From the NCBI GenBank assembly GCA_963836025.1, contig CAWIIE010000014.1, forward strand, positions 8,739 to 72,738: a stretch of 64,000 nucleotides of DNA, given 5' to 3'. The position numbers and the translations under genes were made by a program. Of the stretch, positions 39,818-49,609 are shown piece after piece. Under the pieces are notes generated by a model that did no database searches, was not told the DNA's origin, and worked only from the letters and a program-made list of their open reading frames with translations. The stretch comes from an uncultured Actinomycetota bacterium. Its GTDB lineage: Bacteria > Actinomycetota > Actinomycetes > JBEVHX01. Position 1 is the stretch's first letter; each line of letters starts with the position of its first letter.

Positions 39818-40700
39818 CTATGGCCAGCCGATGCCGGGCGCGGGTGCGTCCGCGACGAGGACCTGTCCGGTTCTCGCCTTGATCACGTCGTCGACCCCCG
39901 CGGTGCCGCGCCATTCGGCCGTGAGCATGAACAGCGTCCGGCGGTCGGGACCACCGAGCATTGCCGCGAAACAGGAACGGTCGAGCTCGATCGTTTCGAG
40001 CACGTCGCCACCCTCGCGGATGCGGGCGATGTCGTTAGTCATGCTGCCGCTGGAGGCCCAGATGCAGCCGTCGGCGTCCAGGCAGATGCCGTCCGGGCCG
40101 ACGCCGTCGGCCCAGACCCGTCGGTTGGACAGCGTTCCGTCCGCGGCGATGTCGAAGGCGGTGAGCCGGGCCGCGAACGATTCGGCAACGATGAGGGTCT
40201 TGTTGTCTGGCGTGATGACCATTCCGTTCGGGAACGCGATCTCGCTGGCGACCTCTCGGACGTCGCCGTCGGACGGGACCAGGGCAATCTTTCCGGGAGC
40301 ATGTCCGCTGCTCAGCACGGCGTCGAAGTCGGCAAAGTCGAAGTTGATCGTGTTGACGTAGACGTTGCCGCGTCCGTCGACCGTGATCTCGCTCCAGTCG
40401 TGGGGCGAGAGGCGGCTCAAGTCGGCGTGCCGGTGTCGGGGAGCCGTCGGGCTCGACCCGGATCAGCTCGCTTCCGGTGATGAGCAGCCGGCCGTCCGGC
40501 AGCCAGTTGACCGCCCAGCCAGCGCCTTCACCGCCGCGGCCCACCACCTCTGTTTTGCCGTCCAGGTCGACCGCGATGATCTCCTCGGTGCCCCAGTCGG
40601 AGAACCACAGTCGGCCGTCGTGCCAGCGAGGGGACTCGGGCATCGCGAGCCCGTCGAGCAGCACCCGAGGCTCGCTGACACGGCGGGCATACGGAGACAT
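39818..40700 (-). CDS. SMP-30/gluconolactonase/LRE-like beta-propeller protein, with an apparent frameshift near 40430
   Basis: The N-terminus (MSPYARRV...LWFSDWGTEEIIAVDLDGK...ELIRVEPDGSPT) is in the 40035-40730 frame. The C-terminus (LSRLSPHDWSEITVDGRGNVYVNT...PDGICLDADGCIWAS) is in the 39818-40420 frame. Confidence 0.6.
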
Positions 40701-40906
40701 CCGACCTCCCTTCGCCGTGCGCCTGGCCAAGATAGGACCGTCCGGCGTCAGACATCATCGCTGCGCGGTCCGACAAGCGGACAGCCACTGGCGGTGGTCC
40801 CGATTGGCCACTGCCGTGGCCGGTTGCCACCCCACCCTTGCACTTCTATGTATGCTTCCCCTAGCACCTCTAGGTAGTGGCGTGAGCGGTGGGAGGCGGG
40901 AGCCGG

Positions 40907-41284
40907 ATGCACATCGACAAGGACCTGGTCGCGGCTTCGGCGACCCCGCTCGTGCTCGGGATCCTGGCCGACAGTGAGTCGTACGGCTACGCGATCCTTA
41001 AACGAGTCAATGAGCTGTCCGAGGGCCGGATGGCCTGGACGGACGGGATGCTCTACCCCCTGCTGCACCGACTGGAGCGGCTGGGGTATGTGGAGGCGTC
41101 CTGGCGGCTGGCGGTCAGTGGGCGACGGCGAAAGCACTACGCGATCACCCCGACCGGCTTGTCGGCGCTCGCCGCGCGACAGCAGCAGTGGGAGGTCGTC
41201 ACCGGAGCTCTGGGCCGGGTGTGGCGGGAGGTCGCGGCGGGGACGGGGGCGCTGCCGACGACCGTGGCGAGGTTGGGATGGTGA
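40907..41284 (+). CDS. PadR-family transcriptional regulator
   Basis: GILADSESYGYAILKRVNELSEGRMAWTDGMLYPLLHRLERLGYVE is the PadR winged helix. Confidence 0.8.
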   Translation: MHIDKDLVAASATPLVLGILADSESYGYAILKRVNELSEGRMAWTDGMLYPLLHRLERLGYVEASWRLAVSGRRRKHYAITPTGLSALAARQQQWEVVTGALGRVWREVAAGTGALPTTVARLGW

Positions 41285-42660
41285 TCCTCGTGCCCGGAGG
41301 CGGCGGCACCGCTGGCGACCTGGAAGCCCAGATCGGCCAGTGGCGGGGCTTCGTGCAGCGCCACCGCGCGATCAGCCCGGGCGACGTCAATGAGCTGGAG
41401 GATCACCTGCGTGATCAGGTCGCCGACCTCGAGCGCCTGGGGCTGAGCGACGACGAGGCGTTCCTGGTGGCCGTGAAACGGATGGGCAGCCTCGACGAGG
41501 TGTCCCGGGAGTTCGCTCGCGAGCACTCCGAACGGCTGTGGCGGCAGCTGGTGCTCCACCCTGACCCGGACGACGTCTCGGGCGGCCGGTCCAGGCACGA
41601 GCTGGCGGTGGTGCTCGGGCTGGCCACTGCCTCCGCGCTCGCGATCAAGGTGCCAGAGCTGTTCGGCCTCGACCTGACCAACGACGGCTCCTTCTATGGC
41701 CGCAACCTCAGCTTGTTCGTGCTGCCGTTCTTGGCGGGCTACTTCGCGTGGAAACGACGCATGGACCGGTCGTCGGTGTTGCGTCTGCTGGTGCCGCCGT
41801 TCCTGCTGGGCGCACTGTTCGCCAACGTCTACCCGTTCGCCGCCGACGGGTCCACCGAGGTGCTGTCGGCGATCCATCTGCCGATCGTGCTGTGGTTGGT
41901 GGTCGGGGTGGCCTATGTCGGTGGGGAGTGGCGTGCTCATCGACGGCGCATGGACTTCATCCGGTTCACCGGAGAGTGGGCCGTCTACTACACCCTCCTC
42001 GCGCTCGGTGGTGGGGTCCTGGTCGGGCTGACCGCGGCGTGCTTCGACGCGATCGGGCTGGATGCGGAGCCGTTCCTCAGCCAATGGGTGCTGCCGTGCG
42101 GTGCGATGGGCGCGATTCTGGTCGCCGCGTGGCTGGTGGAGGCCAAACAGAGCGTCGTGGAGAACATCGCACCAGTTCTCACGCGCGTGTTCACGCCGCT
42201 GACCACACTGATGCTTCTGGCGTTGTTGGTGGCGACGATCGCCGCGGGCAGCGTGGTCGAGCGAGACCTGCTCATCCTCGTCGACCTCATCCTCGTCCTG
42301 GTGTTCGGGCTGCTGCTGTATGCGATCTCGGCGCGCGACCCGCAGGCACCCCCGGGCCTGTTCGACCGGCTCCAGCTATTGCTGGTGATCAGCGCGTTGG
42401 CGGTTGATGTGCTCATGCTGAGCGCGATGCTGAGCCGGATCGCCGAGTTCGGCGCCAGCCCGAACAGAATCGCCGCGATGGGGCTCAACCTCGTGCTGCT
42501 CACCAACCTCGCCTGGTCGGCATGGCTGTGCACCGGCTTCCTGCGCGGCCGGCGCCCCTTCACCGCGCTCGAGCAATGGCAGACCGCATACCTGCCCGTC
42601 TACTTCGCGTGGGCCGCGCTCGTCGTCGCGCTGTTCCCACCCGCCTTCGGCTTCGCGTAA
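41278..42660 (+). CDS. PadR-associated integral membrane protein (about 115-aa N-terminal helical sensor-like domain, DUF1700/HAAS-like, plus about 8 TM)
   Basis: ATG 41278 overlaps the PadR stop by 7 nt. The N-domain is ISPGDVNELEDHLRDQVADLERLGLSDDEAFLVAVKRMG. The remainder is polytopic. Confidence 0.55.
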   Translation: MVILVPGGGGTAGDLEAQIGQWRGFVQRHRAISPGDVNELEDHLRDQVADLERLGLSDDEAFLVAVKRMGSLDEVSREFAREHSERLWRQLVLHPDPDDVSGGRSRHELAVVLGLATASALAIKVPELFGLDLTNDGSFYGRNLSLFVLPFLAGYFAWKRRMDRSSVLRLLVPPFLLGALFANVYPFAADGSTEVLSAIHLPIVLWLVVGVAYVGGEWRAHRRRMDFIRFTGEWAVYYTLLALGGGVLVGLTAACFDAIGLDAEPFLSQWVLPCGAMGAILVAAWLVEAKQSVVENIAPVLTRVFTPLTTLMLLALLVATIAAGSVVERDLLILVDLILVLVFGLLLYAISARDPQAPPGLFDRLQLLLVISALAVDVLMLSAMLSRIAEFGASPNRIAAMGLNLVLLTNLAWSAWLCTGFLRGRRPFTALEQWQTAYLPVYFAWAALVVALFPPAFGFA

Positions 42661-42663
42661 CGG

Positions 42664-43299
42664 TCAGCTAAGGAATTTGATGGCGCTGGCGTAGTTGGTG
42701 CCGAGGCTGTCTTGGACCTTCATGTGGAGGAAACCCAACGCCTCGAGTTCGCGAGCCCTGCGCAGCTCCCCTACATCGACGCCGCGCAGCCCGGCCGCAT
42801 CGACGAGCTCCAAAACCTGTTGCTTCGCGTCCGCATCGTCGGCCGCCACGAGTACGTCGAGCGTCTGCCCACCCACCTCGCCCGCGACCAGAGTGGCGGC
42901 GAAGGTCGTGTTGAACGCCTTCACAATCCTGGCCCCCGACGGGGCTACCTTGGCGATCTCCTCGGCGCCGGACGAACCGGCGGGGGTGACGAGACCGTCG
43001 AAGGTGGACACGTCCACCGGATTGGTGATGTCGACGACGATCTTGCCGGCAAGGGCGTCACCGTACTGCTGCACGACCGGCACCGCGGCCGCATACCACA
43101 GCGCGAGGACGACGACGTCACCGTCGATCGCATCACCGGAAGCACCTGTCGAGATGGCATCGGAGCCCAACTCGGTCGCGAGCTGTTCGGCCTTCTCCGC
43201 CGTGTGGCCCAGGATCTGGATCTGGCTACCACCGGCGCGCAGCCGGGTCGCGATGCCGCGCGCCATGTTGCCTGTGCCGATGATCGTGACGCTGGCCAT
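42664..43299 (-). CDS. NADP oxidoreductase, coenzyme-F420-dependent family (Npd/FNO-like)
   Basis: MASVTIIGTGNMARGIATRLRAGG Rossmann N-terminus. About 212 aa. Confidence 0.7.
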   Translation of the reverse strand: MASVTIIGTGNMARGIATRLRAGGSQIQILGHTAEKAEQLATELGSDAISTGASGDAIDGDVVVLALWYAAAVPVVQQYGDALAGKIVVDITNPVDVSTFDGLVTPAGSSGAEEIAKVAPSGARIVKAFNTTFAATLVAGEVGGQTLDVLVAADDADAKQQVLELVDAAGLRGVDVGELRRARELEALGFLHMKVQDSLGTNYASAIKFLS

Positions 43300-43765
43300 G
43301 TCTGCACCTCGGGGGTCGGGGGGATCGGGGCGGCCTGTGCTCGAGGAGGACGCACGGCCATTCTCGGCATGCCCTCCGCCAGCCACAAGCGCTCCGCAGG
43401 CGCACCTTGTGAGACTGCGCTCTTCAACCTTCGGCTCAGCGAGGGATCCCTCCTGCGCCGATCACTCGATGGCTGGGCCTAACGTGTCGGCGGTGAAGCG
43501 AATCGTCGCGACTTTAGTGGGGCTGTACCTGCTGGCTGCCCTGGTCACCAAGATTCTTGAAGCCGGCGGCGTTACACGGTGTGGCTGCTCGGCGGACTGC
43601 TGGTGTCGTGGCCGTGGGCTTTCTGCGTTCCGCTGGGTCGTCCCGTACCGGCACCGGTAACCACTCGGGCGGTCCCAACGCACTCCACGTAACGCACGAA
43701 GCCATCGGAGAGTGCCGGTCCCTGCGCACGACTGGAATATCGGAATGAGACTCGGAGGCACTCAG

Positions 43766-44233
43766 ATGGACGTCTACCTCATGCAGCATGGCGAGGCCGC
43801 GGCGGAAGCCGACGACCCAGCGCGCGCGCTGACTGGCGCCGGTCAGGCTGCGGTGGCCCGGGTCGCATCGCGGGCGCAAGCCGCTGGTGTCCGGATCGAC
43901 CGGTGCCTGCACAGTGGCAAGCTGCGCGCGAAGCAGACCGCGGAACTCCTAGCCGCGGCGGTCGGCAGTAACCGCGTCGAGCCGCGGGATGGGCTGGCTC
44001 CGAACGATCCGATCACGCCGACGGTTGAATGGCTGGGCGCCGAATCTGCGGACAAGTCGATCGCGGTCGTCGGACATCTGCCCTTCCTCGACCGATTGGC
44101 CTCGTCACTGATTGCCGACGATCAGGACGCGGAGGTGATCCGGTTTCAGATGGGAGGTCTGGTCAAGCTCGTGCCGAAGCCGGATCGTGGCGGCTTCGCT
44201 GTCGCCTGGATGCTCTCCCCCGACATCGCCTGA
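43766..44233 (+). CDS. phosphohistidine phosphatase SixA-like (histidine phosphatase superfamily)
   Basis: MDVYLMQHGEA (RHG catalytic motif context) ...VVGHLPFL. About 155 aa. Confidence 0.7.
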   Translation: MDVYLMQHGEAAAEADDPARALTGAGQAAVARVASRAQAAGVRIDRCLHSGKLRAKQTAELLAAAVGSNRVEPRDGLAPNDPITPTVEWLGAESADKSIAVVGHLPFLDRLASSLIADDQDAEVIRFQMGGLVKLVPKPDRGGFAVAWMLSPDIA

Positions 44234-44236
44234 CGC

Positions 44237-44611
44237 TCAGCCGTGCCGGAAGCCACCCAGGAAGCGCCGGAAGACGCCGCCCTCCGGTGGGAGCGGTGGC
44301 GCCGCCGGAAGTGGAGTGGCTCGACGAGTGGCAATCGGCTGGTCGTAGTCCGTGTGCAGGATCGCGTCGATCACCTGGTCGTCGTCGAAGTCCTCGGACC
44401 CTTCGATCACCGGGACGAAACCGACGAGCACGCCGTTGGCCATGACCTGCGCCTCGAGGCCTAGCGTCCCGTCGCTGTCCCAGACCGCGGTACGGCCACC
44501 AGGAACCCGCACCGCGATGCCGAACTTATAGACGCCGGCCTTCTCCATCCGGGCGTCGAGCCCCTTGGCCCGCAGTCCGTCGACGACCCGGTGGGCCCGC
44601 TGCTCATCCAC
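44237..44611 (-). CDS. hypothetical protein
   Basis: 124 aa, good GC3, no recognisable family. Confidence 0.35.
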   Translation of the reverse strand: MDEQRAHRVVDGLRAKGLDARMEKAGVYKFGIAVRVPGGRTAVWDSDGTLGLEAQVMANGVLVGFVPVIEGSEDFDDDQVIDAILHTDYDQPIATRRATPLPAAPPLPPEGGVFRRFLGGFRHG

Positions 44612-44696
44612 GGCTCGACCCTAATCGGCCTCGGCCTGGCTCGAGCTCAGGCGGCCGGTGACTGCGAGGTCGGCGCCCCAACGGTGACTGGCGAGG

Positions 44697-46082
44697 GTGC
44701 TCGGCCGCATATTCGGTTGCAGCGTGTCGGTGGCGATTGCGAGCCTGTCGAGCGTGAATGCACTTCAAGACGGCACTGGTTTGACCGGCACGATCCTGAG
44801 GCCCGGCGACGACGGGTACGACTTAGCGAGTACGACGTTCATGGGTCGCGGTCGCCCGGCCGTCGTCGTACGACCGGGAACGGCTGCGGACGTCGCCAAT
44901 GCGGTTCAGTACGCCGCCGGGGCGGACCTCGAAGTGTCGGTCAAGAGTGGCGGGCACAGCGGGCTGATGTTCGGCACGAACGACGGAGGGCTGGTCATCG
45001 ACCTCTCCTCGCTCGCCGATGTCGAAGTACTCGACCTGGCCGAGCGGATCGTGCGGGTCGGGGCGGGGGCGACCTGGGGGCAGGTCGCTGCCAGGCTGGC
45101 AGGGCATGGGCTGGCGTTGACGTCGGGCGACACGACGTCGGTGGGCGTGGGTGGTCTCACCTTGGGTGGTGGTTTCGGCTGGATGGTCCGAAAGTACGGC
45201 CTAACCATCGACGCTCTGCTGGCCGCCGAGGTCGTCACGGCCGACGGTCGCGTCGTGCGGGCCAGTGCCCAGGAGCATGGCGACCTGTTCTGGGCGCTCC
45301 GCGGTGGCGGCGGCGGCTTCGGGGTCGTGACCTCCTTCGAGTTCACGGCGCAACCCGTCGGCACGGTGCATGCCGGAACGATCAACCTTCGCCTCGACGA
45401 TCTGGCGCAGCTCCTCAAGGGCTGGCGGGAGGCGATGCGGGCGGCACCGGAGGAGCTCAGCACGGCCTTCATCGTCATGCCGGCGTTCGGCGACCTCCCG
45501 GCCGGCGTCAGCGTGTTCGCCTGCTATGCCGGCGAGGACGGCGCCTCAGCGGCGCGAGCCTTCGAGCCGCTGCTCGGGCTCGGCACGATCGTCAACCACG
45601 ACCTTTGCGAGAGGCCGTACGCCGACGTGCTTGTCGACGCACACGCGCCGCCGGAGGGGCTGCGCGTCGAAGCTCGCAACGTCCTGGTGGACAGTCTGAG
45701 CGACGACGTCATCGCAGCCATCGACGCTGCCTATGGCCGAGGGGATGCCGGCGTGGTCTTTCTCCGCAGCCTCGGCGGCGCGATGGCGCGGATCGCGCCC
45801 GAGGAAACTGCATTCGCGCACCGTGCGGCGGAGGCGTTGATCGTCTCGGGCACGTTCCTCCCGCCAGGCGCGACCGACGACATGGTCGAGGCCGCGCTCC
45901 GACCGTGGCAACGCGTCGCCGCGTTCGGTTCCGGCGCGTACATCAACTTCTTGACGACCTCGACGCCGGAGGATGTCGCGATGGCCTACCCACCGGCGAC
46001 TCGTGCGCGCCTCGCACAGCTCAAGCGCCGCTACGACCCGTCGAATCTGTTCAGCCGCAACCACGACATCCGGTTGGACTGA
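44697..46082 (+). CDS. FAD-linked oxidase (BBE-like), paralog of 34958-36376
   Basis: RPAVVVRPGTAADVANAVQYAAGADLEVSVKSGGHS, FWALRGGGGGFGVVTSF, YDPSNLFSRNHDI. Confidence 0.8.
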   Translation: MLGRIFGCSVSVAIASLSSVNALQDGTGLTGTILRPGDDGYDLASTTFMGRGRPAVVVRPGTAADVANAVQYAAGADLEVSVKSGGHSGLMFGTNDGGLVIDLSSLADVEVLDLAERIVRVGAGATWGQVAARLAGHGLALTSGDTTSVGVGGLTLGGGFGWMVRKYGLTIDALLAAEVVTADGRVVRASAQEHGDLFWALRGGGGGFGVVTSFEFTAQPVGTVHAGTINLRLDDLAQLLKGWREAMRAAPEELSTAFIVMPAFGDLPAGVSVFACYAGEDGASAARAFEPLLGLGTIVNHDLCERPYADVLVDAHAPPEGLRVEARNVLVDSLSDDVIAAIDAAYGRGDAGVVFLRSLGGAMARIAPEETAFAHRAAEALIVSGTFLPPGATDDMVEAALRPWQRVAAFGSGAYINFLTTSTPEDVAMAYPPATRARLAQLKRRYDPSNLFSRNHDIRLD

Positions 46083-46119
46083 CGCTTCACACAACGCGCC
46101 TAGCACACCCGCCAGTTAG

Positions 46120-49100
46120 TCAGGACCAGTTCCCTTCGCTGTCCGGCACCCGGACGGTCAGCCGCACGTCACCGGCGGCGCCCAGGTTCGGGAGCGAGTT
46201 GGCGGCGCCGTCCACCGCGACCCAGTACGCGGTCCCCGCGTTCGCAGGGAACACGACGAGGCTCTGCCCGTTGCATGCCGAGTCGCCGTCCGCGGCGACC
46301 AGCCGAAGATCGCTGACCGGTGTCCCAACATAGACAGCCATGGTTGTGTTGATCGCGCTGGCGCAGGTGTCGATCGCAACCAATGTGGTCGCTGGGGCGG
46401 TCCAGCGGTACCAGACTGTCGCTCCGACCCCGAGCCCGCCGTGCGCGGGCTCTCCCGCTTCGGTGGTGGCGTCGGTCGTCGTCCCGCTTGCGCTGCGACC
46501 GGTGCGCAGCTCGCTGGCCGCGGCCGCGTCATCGTTCCGCGGCTCGTCGGGCGGCCTGATCACCAGCCGGACTGGGCCTCGGTTCGAGGCGTCGGAGCCG
46601 AGCCCGATGAGGTAGCGGGTGGCGGCGAGCACCGAGACGCGCAGGAGGCCACCGTCGGCGCACCCGGTCTCCTGTCCCGCCACGGCGACAGGCGTGCCGC
46701 TGGTCAGTTCGAACAGAGCAACCGCGGCGCTGATCCCCTGATGGCACGTGTCGAGGACGACGTCATCGGATCGGCGCGGCGTCCACGCATACCAGAGCGT
46801 GGCCGACGCCGCCCCGAACGACGGCTCATCGGCCGCCCTAGTGGCGTCGGTGTTGTCCGCGTCAAGCCGCAACTGCATCCGGCTCCCCAGGTCCTGCGGC
46901 GTGCCGATCGAGTCGTTGGTCGGCGGCTGGTCGAGCCTGACCAGCAGTCGCACCTCCTGCTGCGCCGCTGCGCCGCTGTCGCCGCCAACCGCGATCCAGT
47001 ACGCCGTACCCGCGGTCGCGGTGAACCGGTAGCGAACCTCCTCGTTGCAGCCGAACGGCTCATACGTCCGCTGCTCGCGCGGGATCGGGAGCAGCACACC
47101 TCCCGCGTCCTGGGTGCCGACGTTGATCTGCGTGCGGTACGTCGAGCCGCAGGTATCCACGACGACGGGCGCGGTCACGGGCGCGGTCCAGCGGAACCAC
47201 ACGGACGTGGTCGATGCCCGTTCACCGGCCGAACCCAGCATGATCGGGTCGGTCGGCTCGGCGGTCGCATCAGTCGTCTTTGTGTTCGCCCTGGCCGGCA
47301 GGACTGTCCCGAGGTCGACGGCGCCGGTGAGTGCATCGTTGGCCGGTGGTCGTCGCGGTGGCGCCACTGCCACGGCGAGGCGGACTCGGCCCTCATCGTC
47401 GTCGCCGTCCACGGTGAATCTGCCAAAGACGCCGTCCGCCGACAGGTGATATGTCGTGCCGGCAACGGCCGGGAATCGAACAGATACGCCGCCGTCGCAC
47501 CCGAAGATCTGCTGCCCGGCGGCAGGGGTCAACGCGCTGACCGAGGTGCCGGTCCAGATCCCGAGCGCGGTCTGCAGCTGGCTCCCGCACGAGTCAACGA
47601 CCACCTCGCCGGTGACGGCTGGAGTCCATCGGTACCACACCGACGAGCCCAGGCCGTTGGCCGTGTAGTCCGGCGGCTCGCCCGGTTCGAAGGTTGCGTC
47701 AACGATGGATCCGCCAACCGACACCGGCAGCCTGGCGGGCAACACGCTGGCCGCGGCGAAGTCGTCGTTGCCCGGCCGGGCGGCGGCGCGCAGCTGCAGG
47801 CGGAAGGCGCCCTGGCCGCCGCCGCGATCGGCGACCGCGATGCTGTACGTGGTCCCGGCCACGGCCGCAAACTGCGCCCGACCGTTCGCCAGGCACGTCC
47901 GCCGACCCTGGACCACCGGCGTGAGCACCGCGGCCGTGTCGCCGGTGTAGACGGCGAACGTGGCGGCGATTGAGCTTCGGCAGGTGTCCACTGCGACCAA
48001 GCCCGACTGTTCCGCCCGCCAGGTGTACCAGACCGACGCGGGGGGCACGTCCGCCCCGTGCAGGGCCTCGCCGGGTTCCGCGGTGGCGTCAACAGTGGTG
48101 CCGTAGGCGACGACTGGAAGCCTGCTCGGCAACGCGGCTGCGCCAGCCAGGTCGTCGTTCGCAGGCGCCGCACCCGGCTCCGCGATCGACAGCACGACGG
48201 GCCCCTCCTCGAGCGGGAAGCCGGCGCCGGCGACGACGATGCGGTACTCCGAGCCGGCGGTGACCTCGACATTGACGCCGCCCTGCAGCCCGCAGTAGCT
48301 GCTATTACTGGCGACCACGTCGAAACCGCTCGGTGGTGCGGGCGGCGTCGCCCACGTGACCCCCGCCCACACGGTGACCGTGGTGTTGACCGCGCTGCCG
48401 CACGTGTCGATGCGGACCCGGCCAGACACAGCCGGCGACCAGGCGTACCAGATCGTCGGGCTGCCCTCGGTGGAGAACGAGCCGTCGGCCGGGTCGGGTT
48501 CGAACTGCTGTCGGGTCGCGCCAGCAGTGCTGCCGGCGACGGTGACCCCGCCGTCGGGCGGCAGCACCTGAGCCGACGCGATGTTGTCGTTCGGTGGCGC
48601 CCCGGTCCGCAACGTCAGCCGGGCGGTGCCGCTGTCACCGAGGTAGCCATCGACCGCAATCGAGTACGTCGTGCCCGCGACCGCGTCGAAGGTGAGCCGG
48701 GCCCAGAATCCCTGACACTCCCCGGCATCGGCTTCCAGCTGGGTCAGCCCGGCCAGCGCGTCGCCGATGTAGACGGCGAGTGCGGATTGGTAGGTCGTGC
48801 CCTCGGGGCCGACGATGTCGCAGGTATCGACCACTAGCGGACCGGTCAGGTTGGCCGTCCAGCGGTACCAGACCGAGCGCTGAGCCGTGGAGTTGAACTC
48901 GCCATGCAGCGGCTCGCCGGGCTCGCTGGTCGCGGTGTCTGTGTTGGCTGTCACCGTGATCGGCAAAGCGCCGGTCAGCGTCTGCGCATCGGCGAAGTCG
49001 TCGTTGGCCGGGCGCTCGGGCGCGTTCTCGATCGTGAGGGTGAAGGGGCCGGTGGCGCCGCCGAAGCCGTCGACAGCGATCGCATAGGTCGTCCCGGCCA

Positions 49101-49482
49101 CGACGTCGAGCCCGACGCGGCTGGCGAGGTCGCACGCGTCGTCGTTGGCGACCGCCAGGACCAGGGTGTCCAAGGTGGCGCCCGTGTAGACCGCGAGCAG
49201 GGTGTCGAACCCGCTGCCGCAGGTGGCGATGTCGACCTCGGCCGAGATCGCCGGGGTCCATGCAAACCACACGGAGGCGCCACCTGCGTTGCCCGCGTGC
49301 GCAGGCTCGCCCGGCTCCTTCGTGGCCTCGGCAGTGCTGCCCTCAACCGTGATCGGCTGATCGCCCTGCAGCGGCGTCGCCTGCGCGAATGCGTCGTTCC
49401 CCGGCGGCGCGGCCGCCGCCGGTGGTGGGCTACCGAGCAGGGTGCAGACAAGGAACAGAACAACAGCTACAGCGCGAACCAT
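46120..49482 (-). CDS. secreted protein of eight tandem about-135-aa beta-sandwich repeats (PPC / pre-peptidase C-terminal-like)
   Basis: Signal peptide MVRAVAVVLFLVCTLLGSPPPAAAAP. Eight repeats each carry P.NDDFA.A..L, T.AT.EPGEP.H, SVWYRWTAP, VDTCGS.FDT.LAVYTG and AVAGTTY.IAVDG..G..G.F.L. Confidence 0.85.
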   Translation of the reverse strand: MVRAVAVVLFLVCTLLGSPPPAAAAPPGNDAFAQATPLQGDQPITVEGSTAEATKEPGEPAHAGNAGGASVWFAWTPAISAEVDIATCGSGFDTLLAVYTGATLDTLVLAVANDDACDLASRVGLDVVAGTTYAIAVDGFGGATGPFTLTIENAPERPANDDFADAQTLTGALPITVTANTDTATSEPGEPLHGEFNSTAQRSVWYRWTANLTGPLVVDTCDIVGPEGTTYQSALAVYIGDALAGLTQLEADAGECQGFWARLTFDAVAGTTYSIAVDGYLGDSGTARLTLRTGAPPNDNIASAQVLPPDGGVTVAGSTAGATRQQFEPDPADGSFSTEGSPTIWYAWSPAVSGRVRIDTCGSAVNTTVTVWAGVTWATPPAPPSGFDVVASNSSYCGLQGGVNVEVTAGSEYRIVVAGAGFPLEEGPVVLSIAEPGAAPANDDLAGAAALPSRLPVVAYGTTVDATAEPGEALHGADVPPASVWYTWRAEQSGLVAVDTCRSSIAATFAVYTGDTAAVLTPVVQGRRTCLANGRAQFAAVAGTTYSIAVADRGGGQGAFRLQLRAAARPGNDDFAAASVLPARLPVSVGGSIVDATFEPGEPPDYTANGLGSSVWYRWTPAVTGEVVVDSCGSQLQTALGIWTGTSVSALTPAAGQQIFGCDGGVSVRFPAVAGTTYHLSADGVFGRFTVDGDDDEGRVRLAVAVAPPRRPPANDALTGAVDLGTVLPARANTKTTDATAEPTDPIMLGSAGERASTTSVWFRWTAPVTAPVVVDTCGSTYRTQINVGTQDAGGVLLPIPREQRTYEPFGCNEEVRYRFTATAGTAYWIAVGGDSGAAAQQEVRLLVRLDQPPTNDSIGTPQDLGSRMQLRLDADNTDATRAADEPSFGAASATLWYAWTPRRSDDVVLDTCHQGISAAVALFELTSGTPVAVAGQETGCADGGLLRVSVLAATRYLIGLGSDASNRGPVRLVIRPPDEPRNDDAAAASELRTGRSASGTTTDATTEAGEPAHGGLGVGATVWYRWTAPATTLVAIDTCASAINTTMAVYVGTPVSDLRLVAADGDSACNGQSLVVFPANAGTAYWVAVDGAANSLPNLGAAGDVRLTVRVPDSEGNWS

Positions 49483-49609
49483 GGAAATGGCCTCCTACGG
49501 GAGACCGGGCGGCCACGGGTCTGCCGTCGCAGCGATCCCCCCAGCGGCCAAGCGTGCGCCGACCACGTGGCCGTGGCATCGGGGATAACCCTCGACTCGC
49601 GAAACGCCG

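Noticed and set aside
43471-43660. 63-aa ORF with one TM helix in the 380-nt intergenic region
   Set aside because: It has no RBS, Cys/Arg-rich tail and mixed codon usage. It is more likely promoter/leader sequence of the F420-reductase and SixA genes.
46120-49482. CRISPR-like regular repetition
   Set aside because: The periodicity is about 405 nt. The repeats are divergent and fully protein-coding (eight PPC-like domains). There are no short direct repeats with unique spacers and no cas genes.
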